From assembly GCA_964399495.1 (NCBI GenBank), contig CAYNQX010000002.1, positions 92,051-156,050 on the forward strand: a stretch of 64,000 bases of DNA. Direction: 5' to 3'. The position numbers and the translations under genes were made by a program. Below the pieces are notes generated by a model. That model made no database searches. It was not told the DNA's origin and worked only from the letters and a program-made list of their open reading frames with translations. Source of the stretch: an uncultured bacterium (lineage in GTDB: Bacteria; Krumholzibacteriota; Krumholzibacteriia; JACNKJ01). Position 1 is the first letter of the stretch, and each line of letters starts with the position of its first letter. Positions 39,429 through 49,921 of the stretch are shown in pieces.

Positions 39429-40327
39429 CCGAATCCGATCATGTTCCGGAATACGTGGCCGGCGATGCTGGGGTTCTCCTGCAGGCGCCGGAGCGAGTAG
39501 GCGTACCACTCGCGTCCGTAGGGCAGGTAGACCCTGAGCGGATGGCCCTCGGCCCGGAGACGGTCGCGCAGGGCCTCCTGCACGCCCAGCAGCATCTGGA
39601 ACTCGTAGTGCTCGGGCCCGAGCCCGCGCCGGGCGATGAGCAGCTTCACATCGTCGATCAACACCGCGTCGTGAGTGGCGATGCCCACGTAGCTGCCGCC
39701 GTCGAACATCGCCTCCAGGAGTCGCAGGTAGTTGCGGTTGATCTCCTCGTGGCCTTGAATCGCCACGCTCTCCGGCTCCACGTAGATCCCCTTGCAGAGA
39801 CGGTAGTCGGGCCTGAGCTCGGCCATGGCGGCCACGTCGGCCTCGCTGCGATGCAGGTAGGCCTGCAGCACGATGCCGACCCCGTCGAACTCCTCGCGCA
39901 GCGCGCGGAACACGTCGAGGGTGGCGTCCGTGCAGCCGCTGTCCTCCATGTCGATGCGCACCTTGCCGTCGATCTCGGTCGCCCGGCGGACGATCCCGCG
40001 CATGCGCTCCAGGCAGGCGGCGGGGTCTTCCAGGAGGCCGAGCTGGCTCAGCTTGATGGAGACGTTGCGGTCCACTCCGGCTTCCGCCTGGAGGTCGAGC
40101 AGCTCCAGGTACTCGTCGGCGGCGGCCTGGGCCAGTTCGGGGCGGTCGCTGTGCTCGCCCAGGATGTCCATGGTGCTGCCCATCTTCCGCGCGGCCAGAG
40201 CCCTGGCCACCTCGACGACCTCGTCGAACGCCTCGCCGGCGATGTAGCGGCGGGACACCCTGCGGACGATGGGGCGGGGCACGGCCGGGAGCATACCGGC
40301 CAGGAGGCGGTCGAAGAGGGAGGGCAT
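39425..40327 (-). CDS. proline dehydrogenase (ProDH-only, PutA family)
   Basis: 300 aa; ProDH TIM-barrel motifs …SIKLSQLG… and IYVEPESVAIQGHEEINRNY. Confidence 0.85.
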   Translation of the reverse strand: MPSLFDRLLAGMLPAVPRPIVRRVSRRYIAGEAFDEVVEVARALAARKMGSTMDILGEHSDRPELAQAAADEYLELLDLQAEAGVDRNVSIKLSQLGLLEDPAACLERMRGIVRRATEIDGKVRIDMEDSGCTDATLDVFRALREEFDGVGIVLQAYLHRSEADVAAMAELRPDYRLCKGIYVEPESVAIQGHEEINRNYLRLLEAMFDGGSYVGIATHDAVLIDDVKLLIARRGLGPEHYEFQMLLGVQEALRDRLRAEGHPLRVYLPYGREWYAYSLRRLQENPSIAGHVFRNMIGFG

Positions 40328-40441
40328 GACGTCCTTTCCGCGGCTCGAGGTGGGGGGTAAGTCAGGGCATAGTAGAAACGTGACTATGGGTGGTCAAGGG
40401 GTGTCCAGGGTGAGGTCCGGCGGGGACTCGTATGATAGATC

Positions 40442-40470
40442 TTGCAGATATTCGGAGCGGTTGCTAGAAT
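40442..40470 (+). promoter_or_regulatory. putative promoter TTGCAG-N17-TAGAAT for the response-regulator gene
   Basis: Spacing and hexamers as stated; lies in an AT-richer intergenic region 27 nt upstream of RBS GGGGGAG / ATG 40497. Confidence 0.45.
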
Positions 40471-40496
40471 CTGCATCCTCAGAACCGGGGGAGAAT

Positions 40497-41195
40497 ATGG
40501 CTAACGAGAGCATCATGATCGTCGAGGATGATCAGAGTACCCTTCTCATGCTCAGCAACAGCGTTGAGAAAGCCGGGTACAACGTCCTCATCGGCGAAAC
40601 TGGCGAGCAGGCCCTCGCGATCGCGCGCGAGGAAAGACCCGATCTCATCGTCCTCGATCTGCTGCTGCCGGACGGCAACGGCCTGGACGTGTGCAAGTCC
40701 CTGCGCGCCAGCAACGACACCCAGGGTATTCCCATCATCATGGTGACCGCACTGGGCGAACAGAGCGACAAGGTCTACGGACTCGATGTCGGCGCCGACG
40801 ACTACATGGTCAAGCCGGTCGACGTTCCCGAGCTCCTGGCCCGGATCCGAGCTCTGTTCCGCCGCCGTCAGCGCGTCGGCGAGAACGGCAATCGCTCGAT
40901 CATCGAAGTCGACGGATTCACGGTGCTGCCCGAGCATCTCAGCGTCAGCAAGGGCGAACAGTCCGTGCAGCTCACGGCCCTCGAGTTCAAGCTTCTCTAT
41001 CAGCTCGCGGCGAAGCCCAAGGAGGCGTTCAGCCGCACGGACCTGCAGGAGCAGGTCTGGGGGACCGGTCACGGAAACACGGAGCGCGCGGTGGACGTGC
41101 TGGTGAACCGTCTGAGAAGCAAGCTGGAGAGCCTGCCCGGCGGCGATAAGATCGTGAAGACCGTCAGGGGGATCGGCTACCGCTTCAGCGCCTAG
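40497..41195 (+). CDS. OmpR-family two-component response regulator (orphan; no kinase adjacent)
   Basis: Receiver domain with phospho-acceptor Asp in LIVLDLLLPDG; C-terminal winged helix …VKTVRGIGYRF. Confidence 0.9.
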   Translation: MANESIMIVEDDQSTLLMLSNSVEKAGYNVLIGETGEQALAIAREERPDLIVLDLLLPDGNGLDVCKSLRASNDTQGIPIIMVTALGEQSDKVYGLDVGADDYMVKPVDVPELLARIRALFRRRQRVGENGNRSIIEVDGFTVLPEHLSVSKGEQSVQLTALEFKLLYQLAAKPKEAFSRTDLQEQVWGTGHGNTERAVDVLVNRLRSKLESLPGGDKIVKTVRGIGYRFSA

Positions 41196-41252
41196 ATCGA
41201 ATACCGCGCAACGCTCCGCGTAAACCGGAGCCCGAACTCCGCGCCATCAGTT

Positions 41253-41286
41253 GCCCGCCGTCGTGTTCGTAGATGGCGGGTTTTTT
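41253..41286 (+). terminator. Rho-independent terminator after the response-regulator gene
   Basis: Stem GCCCGCC…GGCGGG followed by TTTTTT at 41281-41286. Confidence 0.5.
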
Positions 41287-41570
41287 CATGCCCGCGTGCT
41301 TCGACCCGCGGGAAATCCCCCTCTCCCCGGCTCCACCGAGCCGTTTCCGGAAGTCCAGAGGGAAAAACGGGTTGCATGAGACGTCCCCATTCAACATTAT
41401 CCGAAGGGAGTATCGAAGCCGGATGAAGATGGCCGAAGCCCGACCCTTGACATCGACGGGGGGCAGATGCTATCCACATTCCCCAGGGATAGCTGCAAGC
41501 TCCAGTATCTCAAGGTCTTCGCCATCTCCTGCCACCGTCCGGAGCCCACAACACCTTAAGCGAGGTTGCC

Positions 41571-43466
41571 ATGAAGCACGGTTTGCCGATGTGGGGTATC
41601 GCCCTGGTATGCGTCCTGGGCGTGGGATTCCTGGGGGCCTGTGACGAGAACACGGGTGGCGTGGCGCCGCCCGACCTGACACCGATCATCGAATCGGTGG
41701 AACTCACGCCCAACGTGGACTCGGGTTCGCCGGTCGCGCTCGAGGACGACGGCGGCCGGCTGGCCATCGCCTACACGAGCCTGTTCGAGGGATCCGGGGA
41801 CATCTACCGTCTCGTGATCACCGATTCCGGCGGAGGCTACTACGACAGCTTCGAGCTCATCGAAGAGTATCCGAACGAGAACGACACCACCATCCACTAT
41901 CCGCGTCCGGATCATGCCCAGTACACGCAGATCGGCAGCTACGAGGTGGAGGGCGACACGGGCGACTTCCCGAGCGATCCCGGCAACGTCTACTTCGCCG
42001 GTCCGCGCCACCTGACCTTCGATCCGATCAGCGACCGGATCTTCTATTCCATGGGCTACAACCTGATCTCGCAGATCGCATCCACCGTGGCTCCGCTCGA
42101 CGCGGGCGGCGGCCACACCGGCGAGATCGTCAACAGCTACGACGCCTCCCTCGAGGATCACTCGAGCTCCTCCGGCCGCGCTCCCATCTGGGAGTTCTGG
42201 TACACGAAGAGGATGCCCATCGACGAGTGGTCCTTCACCGGCGGCAATCACGCCACCGTCTCGCCCGTGATGTTCGGCAGCCAATGGCTGGCCTATGCCG
42301 ACACGCTCCTCGAGAGCTACGACCGCGACGGCGACTACGAGATCGGCGAGGATCCGATCGGCGAGATCGAGGTGCTCGCCGGCGAGCCGAGCGACTTCGC
42401 TCCCGGCTACGAGGGCGTGGATGACGACGACGACAGCGGCGTCGACCTGTTCGACCCCGAGATCGTGGCCATCCTGGAGGACTCGCCCGCCGAATACAGC
42501 TACGCCTGGATGCTGCAGAACTATCTGCCGGCCTGGGACGACGACGAGGACGGCCTCATCGACGAGGACCGCGAAGACTTCATCGACAACGACCTCGACG
42601 GCGAGATCAACGAGGACCCGCCCGAGGATCCCATCGACAACGATGGCGACGGCGAATTCAACGAAGACCCCATCGACGGCTTCGACAATGACGACGATGG
42701 CCTGATCGACGAGGACCCGCCCGAAGACCCCATCGACGACGACGGCGATGGATCCTTCGACGAGGATGGTCCCGACTCTCTGGACAACGACGGTGATGGC
42801 CGCTTCGACGAGGACGCCGAGGGCGACATGAACGGGGACGGATTCCCCGGTGAGCCCGGCGACGACGACGAAGACGGCTTTGCGGACGAATCGGACCCCG
42901 AGGTGAAGCATTCCAACCTCAGGGCCCTGAATCAGGAAGACTACGATCCCGTTCTGGATGACGACGAAGACGGAATCTCCGATGAGGACTCCGACTACGC
43001 CAGGGACGGGCTCTGGGTTGTAAAAATAGGCGCGGATGGGCTCCCCGACGAAACGGCGGACCCCATCACCCTGACCAACGACGGGGGACGTCAGCCTTTC
43101 TTCAACCCGGTGGGAAGCGATTTGCTCTACGTGAGCGACGGAGACATCCATCGCATGACGCTGGAATTCTCCGCGGACGACGTCACGGTGCTCGGCAGCG
43201 AGAACCTGACGAGTACGGCAGACGTGCTCGAGGCCTTCCCGGCCTATGATGACGCTGGACAGCGCATCGTATTCTCGAGCAGTCAACACGGATCCGCCGA
43301 TATCTTCATCCGCCAGGCAAGCGGTTCGCTGGAACGCGTGACCAACAGTCTCGGCCAGGAACTCTATCCGCGCTTCACGCCGGACGGCAGCCAGCTTCTC
43401 TACGAGGGCTGGCTCTATCCGGACGGGAACCGAAGAGTGATGATCACGGTGGAGGAACTGCCCTAG
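41571..43466 (+). CDS. lipoprotein with a central acidic calcium-binding-like tandem repeat and a C-terminal TolB-like (PD40) beta-propeller
   Basis: Lipobox LGVGFLGAC. Repeats DNDLDGEINEDP / DNDGDGEFNEDP / DNDDDGLIDEDP / DDDGDGSFDEDG / DNDGDGRFDEDA fit a DxDxDGxxDxxD loop. The C-terminal region carries PD40-like repeats. Confidence 0.7.
   Translation: MKHGLPMWGIALVCVLGVGFLGACDENTGGVAPPDLTPIIESVELTPNVDSGSPVALEDDGGRLAIAYTSLFEGSGDIYRLVITDSGGGYYDSFELIEEYPNENDTTIHYPRPDHAQYTQIGSYEVEGDTGDFPSDPGNVYFAGPRHLTFDPISDRIFYSMGYNLISQIASTVAPLDAGGGHTGEIVNSYDASLEDHSSSSGRAPIWEFWYTKRMPIDEWSFTGGNHATVSPVMFGSQWLAYADTLLESYDRDGDYEIGEDPIGEIEVLAGEPSDFAPGYEGVDDDDDSGVDLFDPEIVAILEDSPAEYSYAWMLQNYLPAWDDDEDGLIDEDREDFIDNDLDGEINEDPPEDPIDNDGDGEFNEDPIDGFDNDDDGLIDEDPPEDPIDDDGDGSFDEDGPDSLDNDGDGRFDEDAEGDMNGDGFPGEPGDDDEDGFADESDPEVKHSNLRALNQEDYDPVLDDDEDGISDEDSDYARDGLWVVKIGADGLPDETADPITLTNDGGRQPFFNPVGSDLLYVSDGDIHRMTLEFSADDVTVLGSENLTSTADVLEAFPAYDDAGQRIVFSSSQHGSADIFIRQASGSLERVTNSLGQELYPRFTPDGSQLLYEGWLYPDGNRRVMITVEELP
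42534..42906 (+). repeat. in-frame ~51-nt tandem repeats encoding D/E-rich DxDxDG units
   Basis: Recurrent gacgaggacccgcccga(g/a)ga(t/c)cccatcgac… units visible at the DNA level inside the lipoprotein gene. Confidence 0.6.
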
Positions 43467-43571
43467 TCCGCGGGGGCCTCCGGTCGGAGGCCCCACGCCG
43501 CCTTCCCCCGGTGCGAAGCCGCACTCGGCGCGGCTGACCGTTCCCTCGCGCAACAGCGTGAAGGGTTATTC

Positions 43572-45146
43572 ATGCAACGTGAAATTTTCGTGCACGCCGG
43601 CGCCAACGAGGTGGGCGTGGCCATCGTGGAGAACCACGAGCTGGTCGAATACCTCGTCGAGCGCGGCGAGAGCAAGCACATCGTCGGCGACGTCTACAAG
43701 GGCGTCGTCAAGGCGGTGTTGCCCGGCATCCAGGCGGCGTTCGTGGACATCGGCCAGGAGAAGGCCGGCTTCCTCCACGTCTCGGATCTCGCCTGGGGCG
43801 AGGGCGCGGAGCGCTTCAAGGACCTCGAGAGCGACGACGAGGGCGACGGCGGCCGTGGCGGGCGCGGCGGCCGCGGAGGCGGCCGGGGGCGCAGGGAGCC
43901 GTCCAGCTATCCGCCCATCGAGAGCCTGGTCAAGAAGGGCTCGGAGGTGGTGGTGCAGGTCACCAAGGAGCCCATCGGCACCAAGGGGCCGCGCCTGACC
44001 ACCCAGGTTTCGCTGCCGGGCAAGTTCTGCGTCGTCATGCCCGACCTCGACTACATCGGCGTGAGCCGCAAGATCCTCGACCGCGGCGAGCGCGGGCGCC
44101 TGAAGAAGATCGTCCAGAAGTGCCGGCCCAAGGGCTACGCGGTCATCGTGCGCACGGCGGGCGAGCGCGTGGAGGAGGAGCAGCTCATCGAGGACATCAC
44201 CTCGCTCCACGAGCGCCACGAGGAGATTCGCGAGAAGGCCAAGGGCCGCAAGGCGCCTTCCCTGCTCCGGGAGGAGGTGGGGCTCGTCACCGGACTCGTC
44301 CGGGACGTGTTCAACGAGGAGGTGAAGCGCCTGCTCGTCGACAACGAGGAGGAGCACGACAACCTGGTGAACTACGTGCGCACCTTCGCGCCCGACCTCG
44401 AGAACCGGGTGCTCTACTATCGCGAGGAGCTGCCGATCTTCGACGCCTTCGGCATCCGCAGCGAGCTGGAGAAGAGCCTGCAGCGTCAGGTCTGGCTCAA
44501 GCGGGGCGGCTCCCTGGTGTTCGACCACACCGAGGCGCTCACCGCCATCGACGTGAACACCGGCAAATACGTGGGCCGCAAGAACCAGGCGGACACGATC
44601 TTCCAGACCAACCTGCTCGCCGCCCGCGAGGTGCCCCGCCAGCTCCGGCTCCGCGACATCGGCGGCATCATCGTGATCGACTTCATCGACATGGAGCGCG
44701 AAGACGACAAGCGGAAGGTCTACAACGAACTCAAGCGGGCGATCCGGCAGGATCGGGCGCGCACGAAGGTGTTCGACATCAGCCCCCTGGGCCTGGTGGA
44801 GATGAGCCGCAAGCGCGTGCGACCGGCCCTGCTCCAGGTGTTCAGCGAGGATTGCCCCTACTGCGAGGGGCGGGGGCATATCCTGTCGGTGGAGAGCCTC
44901 ACCAACAAGCTGGAGAACACCCTGCGCCGCATCGCCACCCGCTGCCGCGAGCGGAAGTACCAGATCAGGATCAACCCGATCCTGGCCCACTTCATCCGTC
45001 AGAGCCGGATGGACGTGTTCACGGAGATCCAGGGGACCCACGGCGTCGAGCTGCACTTGCTCGACGATCCAAGATTACACCGTGAGCAGAATGAAATCAC
45101 CGCCCTGGAGACGGGCAGGGATCTGGTGGCGGCCGTGAGCCGATAA
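43572..45146 (+). CDS. rng: ribonuclease G / RNase E-family endoribonuclease with an internal RGG-rich insertion
   Basis: S1 domain and catalytic core (…DIGGIIVIDFIDM…) and Zn-link CPYCEGRG; insertion DDEGDGGRGGRGGRGGGRGRRE at about aa 87-108. Confidence 0.85.
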   Translation: MQREIFVHAGANEVGVAIVENHELVEYLVERGESKHIVGDVYKGVVKAVLPGIQAAFVDIGQEKAGFLHVSDLAWGEGAERFKDLESDDEGDGGRGGRGGRGGGRGRREPSSYPPIESLVKKGSEVVVQVTKEPIGTKGPRLTTQVSLPGKFCVVMPDLDYIGVSRKILDRGERGRLKKIVQKCRPKGYAVIVRTAGERVEEEQLIEDITSLHERHEEIREKAKGRKAPSLLREEVGLVTGLVRDVFNEEVKRLLVDNEEEHDNLVNYVRTFAPDLENRVLYYREELPIFDAFGIRSELEKSLQRQVWLKRGGSLVFDHTEALTAIDVNTGKYVGRKNQADTIFQTNLLAAREVPRQLRLRDIGGIIVIDFIDMEREDDKRKVYNELKRAIRQDRARTKVFDISPLGLVEMSRKRVRPALLQVFSEDCPYCEGRGHILSVESLTNKLENTLRRIATRCRERKYQIRINPILAHFIRQSRMDVFTEIQGTHGVELHLLDDPRLHREQNEITALETGRDLVAAVSR

Positions 45147-45179
45147 GCCGCGTTCATGGCGGAAATTCCGCCGCCCCCC

Positions 45180-45208
45180 TTGACAGTGGGGGCCAAGTTT
45201 AGTACTTG
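45180..45208 (+). promoter_or_regulatory. possible promoter upstream of rplU (TTGACA with a weak -10)
   Basis: TTGACA at 45180-45185; the best -10 candidate 17 nt downstream is the weak TACTTG; RBS AGGAGGA at 45234-45240. Confidence 0.3.
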
Positions 45209-45245
45209 TAACGCTTTGTATGCTACAGCCTCAGGAGGAACGGCC

Positions 45246-45554
45246 GTGTACGCACTGGTCAAGCTGGCCGGCAAGCAGTTCAAGGTGAGTACCGATCAGG
45301 TGCTCAAGGTCCCCTATACGGGGGGCGAAGTCGGTCAGTCTATTGAAATGAATGATGTTATGGCCGTTGGTGAAGGCGACGACATGAAGCTCGGCAGCCC
45401 CTTCGTTGAGGGCGCCAGCGTCAAGGCGGAGGTCCTGGCCCACGGCATGGGCCGGAAGATCGTCGTGTTCAAGAAGAAGCGGCGCAAGAAGTATCGCCGC
45501 AACAAGGGCCACCGCCAGGCCTACACGGAGATCAAGATCACGAGCATCGCCTAG
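45246..45554 (+). CDS. rplU: 50S ribosomal protein L21
   Basis: GTG 45246 gives [14 protein letters not shown]…, matching the canonical L21 N-terminus. The listed 45156 start would add a 30-aa extension and overlaps the promoter. Confidence 0.9.
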   Translation: MYALVKLAGKQFKVSTDQVLKVPYTGGEVGQSIEMNDVMAVGEGDDMKLGSPFVEGASVKAEVLAHGMGRKIVVFKKKRRKKYRRNKGHRQAYTEIKITSIA

Positions 45555-45589
45555 GGCGAGTCCCGGTAGGCCAAGAGGAGGAATCAGCC

Positions 45590-45850
45590 ATGGCACATAA
45601 GAAAGGCGTCGGCAGCTCTCGGAACGGACGCGACAGCAACCCCCAGTACCTGGGCGTGAAGCGCTACGCGGGACAGACCGTCAGCGCCGGTTCGATCCTG
45701 GTCCGGCAGCGGGGCACCCACATCATTCCCGGCACCAACGTGGGACGCGGCGGCGACGACACGCTCTTCGCCCTGATCGACGGTACCGTGGAGTTCGCGC
45801 GCAAGGGCAAGAACCGCAAGATCGTCAACATCCTGCCCGCCACCGCCTAG
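45590..45850 (+). CDS. rpmA: 50S ribosomal protein L27
   Basis: [24 protein letters not shown]… canonical L27. Confidence 0.95.
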   Translation: MAHKKGVGSSRNGRDSNPQYLGVKRYAGQTVSAGSILVRQRGTHIIPGTNVGRGGDDTLFALIDGTVEFARKGKNRKIVNILPATA

Positions 45851-45872
45851 TTGCGCCAGAGATATCGGAATG

Positions 45873-45907
45873 AACGGCGGACCTGCACGGTCCGCCGTTT
45901 TCCTTTG
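45873..45907 (+). terminator. Rho-independent terminator after rpmA
   Basis: Perfect 11-bp stem AACGGCGGACC / GGTCCGCCGTT with loop TGCA, followed by TTTCCTTTGG. Confidence 0.65.
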
Positions 45908-45955
45908 GACCCCACTCGGGGCCGGGCGCCGATCGCCCGGAAGGTCTGAAAGTCG

Positions 45956-47677
<1,722 letters not shown>

Positions 47678-47710
47678 GGCGCTCCTCCCTCGGCAGCGCG
47701 GAGGTGGGCG

Positions 47711-48259
47711 ATGTCCTACCCTGAGCCCGGCGGAGAGCTTCGCGAGCGCCTGGCGGCGGTGCGCCTGATCGTCTTCGACGTCGACGGCGTGCTCACCGAC
47801 GGCACCCTGGGGGGCGGCGAGCCCCGCAGTCGCCGATGGAACGTGAAGGACGGATTCGGCGTGTTCCTGGCTCGCAGGAGCGGCATCACCCTGGCCCTGT
47901 GCAGCGGCAACGACCACCCGGAAATCCGCGAGCGCGCGGAGCGGCTGCAGCTCTCCGCGATGCGGCTGGGGCGCCTGGACAAGGGCGAGGCAGTGACAGA
48001 ACTGCTCCAGGAGATCGGGCTCGGCGAAGGCGAGGCCCTGTTCGTCGGCGACGACATCTTCGACCTGCCCGGCATGGCCGCGGCCGGACTCGGCGCCGCG
48101 CCGGCCGACGCGGCTTCGGAAGTGCTGGCGCGCGTCGACTGGCGTCTTTCCTCCCGCGGCGGGCACGGCGCGGGCCGGGAGGCGATCGAAGGCGTTCTCC
48201 GATCACGCGGCGAGTGGGATGCCGTGGTCGAACCCTTCCTGCAGGCGACCCGCGACTGA
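47711..48259 (+). CDS. kdsC: 3-deoxy-D-manno-octulosonate 8-phosphate phosphatase (HAD family)
   Basis: HAD motif I LIVFDVDGVLTDG; ~180 aa typical of KdsC; located upstream of the lptC/lptB/rpoN block. Confidence 0.8.
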   Translation: MSYPEPGGELRERLAAVRLIVFDVDGVLTDGTLGGGEPRSRRWNVKDGFGVFLARRSGITLALCSGNDHPEIRERAERLQLSAMRLGRLDKGEAVTELLQEIGLGEGEALFVGDDIFDLPGMAAAGLGAAPADAASEVLARVDWRLSSRGGHGAGREAIEGVLRSRGEWDAVVEPFLQATRD

Positions 48260-48480
48260 GGGCCGGAGCGAGGGCGATGCGCTGGCGCGCGTCCACGAGC
48301 TCTTCACGCAGGCGCCCGATCCCATCCAGATCCAGGACAGGCCGAGGGTGTATCCACCCTAACTGCAATGACTGCAACCAATTGGCTTGTCATTCCAGTC
48401 TGTCGCCCCGATTCCTCGTAATATCCCTTGACTTCTCGTGATTTCCGGAAACTCCCGGTTGCTACTGGCATATGGATTGC

Positions 48481-48509
48481 TTGACAACTTTTCCCCCGGA
48501 CCCTACTAT
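48481..48509 (+). promoter_or_regulatory. putative promoter TTGACA-N17-TACTAT upstream of the lptC-like gene
   Basis: Exact TTGACA at 48481-48486 and TACTAT at 48504-48509 with a 17-nt spacer; in a low-GC intergenic region 52 nt before GTG 48562. Confidence 0.5.
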
Positions 48510-48561
48510 CCCTGAAGACGATTCGATTGAACGTTCGTAAATTGCTGCCAATAAAGGGAAT

Positions 48562-49173
48562 GTGACTCCAATGGCTCCGGTGGCCCCCGGCAACGAATCG
48601 ATGACGAGAGCGCGAGGCGACAAGGGTTTCGTCGCTTTCGGTCTGGTGTTGATCATGTCGGCGTCACTGCTCCTCGGCTGCGCCGAGGAGAGCGCGGGGC
48701 CCCGCCTGGAGAGGCCCGGCAAGGTTCCGGACCAGGTGATCTGGGACTTCACCACCACCGATTCGGACTCGGGTCAGCTCGTCTGGATCTTCCGCGCCGA
48801 CCAGGCCCTGGTGTTCCAGAAGAGCAAGCGGATCGAGTCCGTCGGCGTCCAGGTGGAGATGTACGGCGAGGACGGCGTACTCGGCTCCACCCTCATCGCG
48901 GATTCCGGCCTCATCGACCGCCGCAGCGGCGCCATGACGGCCACGGGCAACGTCCACGTGGTGAGCCGCGAGAACTACGAGCTGGAGACGGAGATCCTGC
49001 ACTGGGACCGCGATCGGGAGCTCTTCCACACCGAGGCCTACGTCGAGGTGCGGCAGGGCGAGAACCTGTACAGCGGCTGGGAGATGGAGTGCGACCAGAA
49101 CCTCGACCGTCTCCAGATCAAGAGGGAGCCCAAGGGCGTCATCGTGAGCGACGAGGAGGGCGACATTGAGTGA
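48562..49173 (+). CDS. lptC: LptC/LptA-family (OstA-like) periplasmic LPS-transport protein, lipoprotein-anchored
   Basis: Lipobox LLLGC; OstA-like beta-jellyroll pattern; canonical position between kdsC and lptB; only one such gene present. Confidence 0.55.
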   Translation: MTPMAPVAPGNESMTRARGDKGFVAFGLVLIMSASLLLGCAEESAGPRLERPGKVPDQVIWDFTTTDSDSGQLVWIFRADQALVFQKSKRIESVGVQVEMYGEDGVLGSTLIADSGLIDRRSGAMTATGNVHVVSRENYELETEILHWDRDRELFHTEAYVEVRQGENLYSGWEMECDQNLDRLQIKREPKGVIVSDEEGDIE

Positions 49174-49903
49174 GCGGAATCAGGCGGAGCTGCGCGGCGA
49201 GGGCCTGGTGAAGACCTACGGCCGGCGGCGCGTGGTGGACGGGGTCTCCCTCGATCTGAAACAGGGGGAGGTCGTGGGCCTGCTCGGTCCCAACGGAGCG
49301 GGCAAGACCACCACCTTCTACATGATCGTCGGCCTCATCCGCCCCGACCAGGGCCAGGTGTTCCTGGACGACAAGCCCATCCACTCCCTTCCCATGTACA
49401 AGAGGGCACGACTCGGCCTCGGCTACCTCAGCCAGGAAGCCTCGGTATTCCGCCGCATGACGGTGGAGGACAATCTGAAATCGATCCTTGAGACCCTCGA
49501 CATTACGGCCGATGAAAGAGGTGAGAGGATGGAGCGGCTCCTGGAGGAGCTGCGCGTCGGACACCTCCGCAAGAGCTATGGACACCAGCTCAGCGGAGGC
49601 GAGCGCCGGCGCGTGGAGATCGCCAGGGCGCTCACGACGCAGCCGCGCTTCATCCTGCTGGACGAGCCCTTCGCGGGCATCGATCCCATCGCGGTGGGGG
49701 ACGTGCAGGCGATCGTCAGCCAGCTCAAGGAGATGGGACTCGGGATCCTGATCACGGACCACAACGTGCGGGAAACGCTGACCATCACGGACCGCGCCTA
49801 CATCCTCTTCGAGGGGGAAATCATTCGGGCCGGCACCGCCCAGGAACTGGTGCAGGACGAGAAGGCGCGACAGGTGTACCTGGGACAGAGCTTCAACCTG
49901 TAG
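49166..49903 (+). CDS. lptB: LPS export ABC transporter ATP-binding protein
   Basis: Walker [13 protein letters not shown] signature LSGGERRR, Walker B ILLDEP; TTG start overlaps the lptC stop. Confidence 0.9.
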   Translation: MSERNQAELRGEGLVKTYGRRRVVDGVSLDLKQGEVVGLLGPNGAGKTTTFYMIVGLIRPDQGQVFLDDKPIHSLPMYKRARLGLGYLSQEASVFRRMTVEDNLKSILETLDITADERGERMERLLEELRVGHLRKSYGHQLSGGERRRVEIARALTTQPRFILLDEPFAGIDPIAVGDVQAIVSQLKEMGLGILITDHNVRETLTITDRAYILFEGEIIRAGTAQELVQDEKARQVYLGQSFNL

Positions 49904-49921
49904 TAGAGAAGGACGCATCCG

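Noticed and set aside
41273-41644. 123-aa ORF spanning the intergenic region and the start of the lipoprotein gene
   Set aside because: Starts inside the terminator hairpin, has biased low-complexity composition, and overlaps the lipoprotein signal peptide in another frame
43472-43494. GC-rich hairpin (GGGGCCTCC-GGTC-GGAGGCCCC) after the lipoprotein gene as a terminator
   Set aside because: No downstream U-tract; kept only as a possible structural element, not listed as a feature
45156-45245. ATG 45156 as the rplU start
   Set aside because: Would add a non-homologous 30-aa extension and places TTGACA inside the coding region; GTG 45246 with RBS AGGAGGA gives the canonical L21 N-terminus
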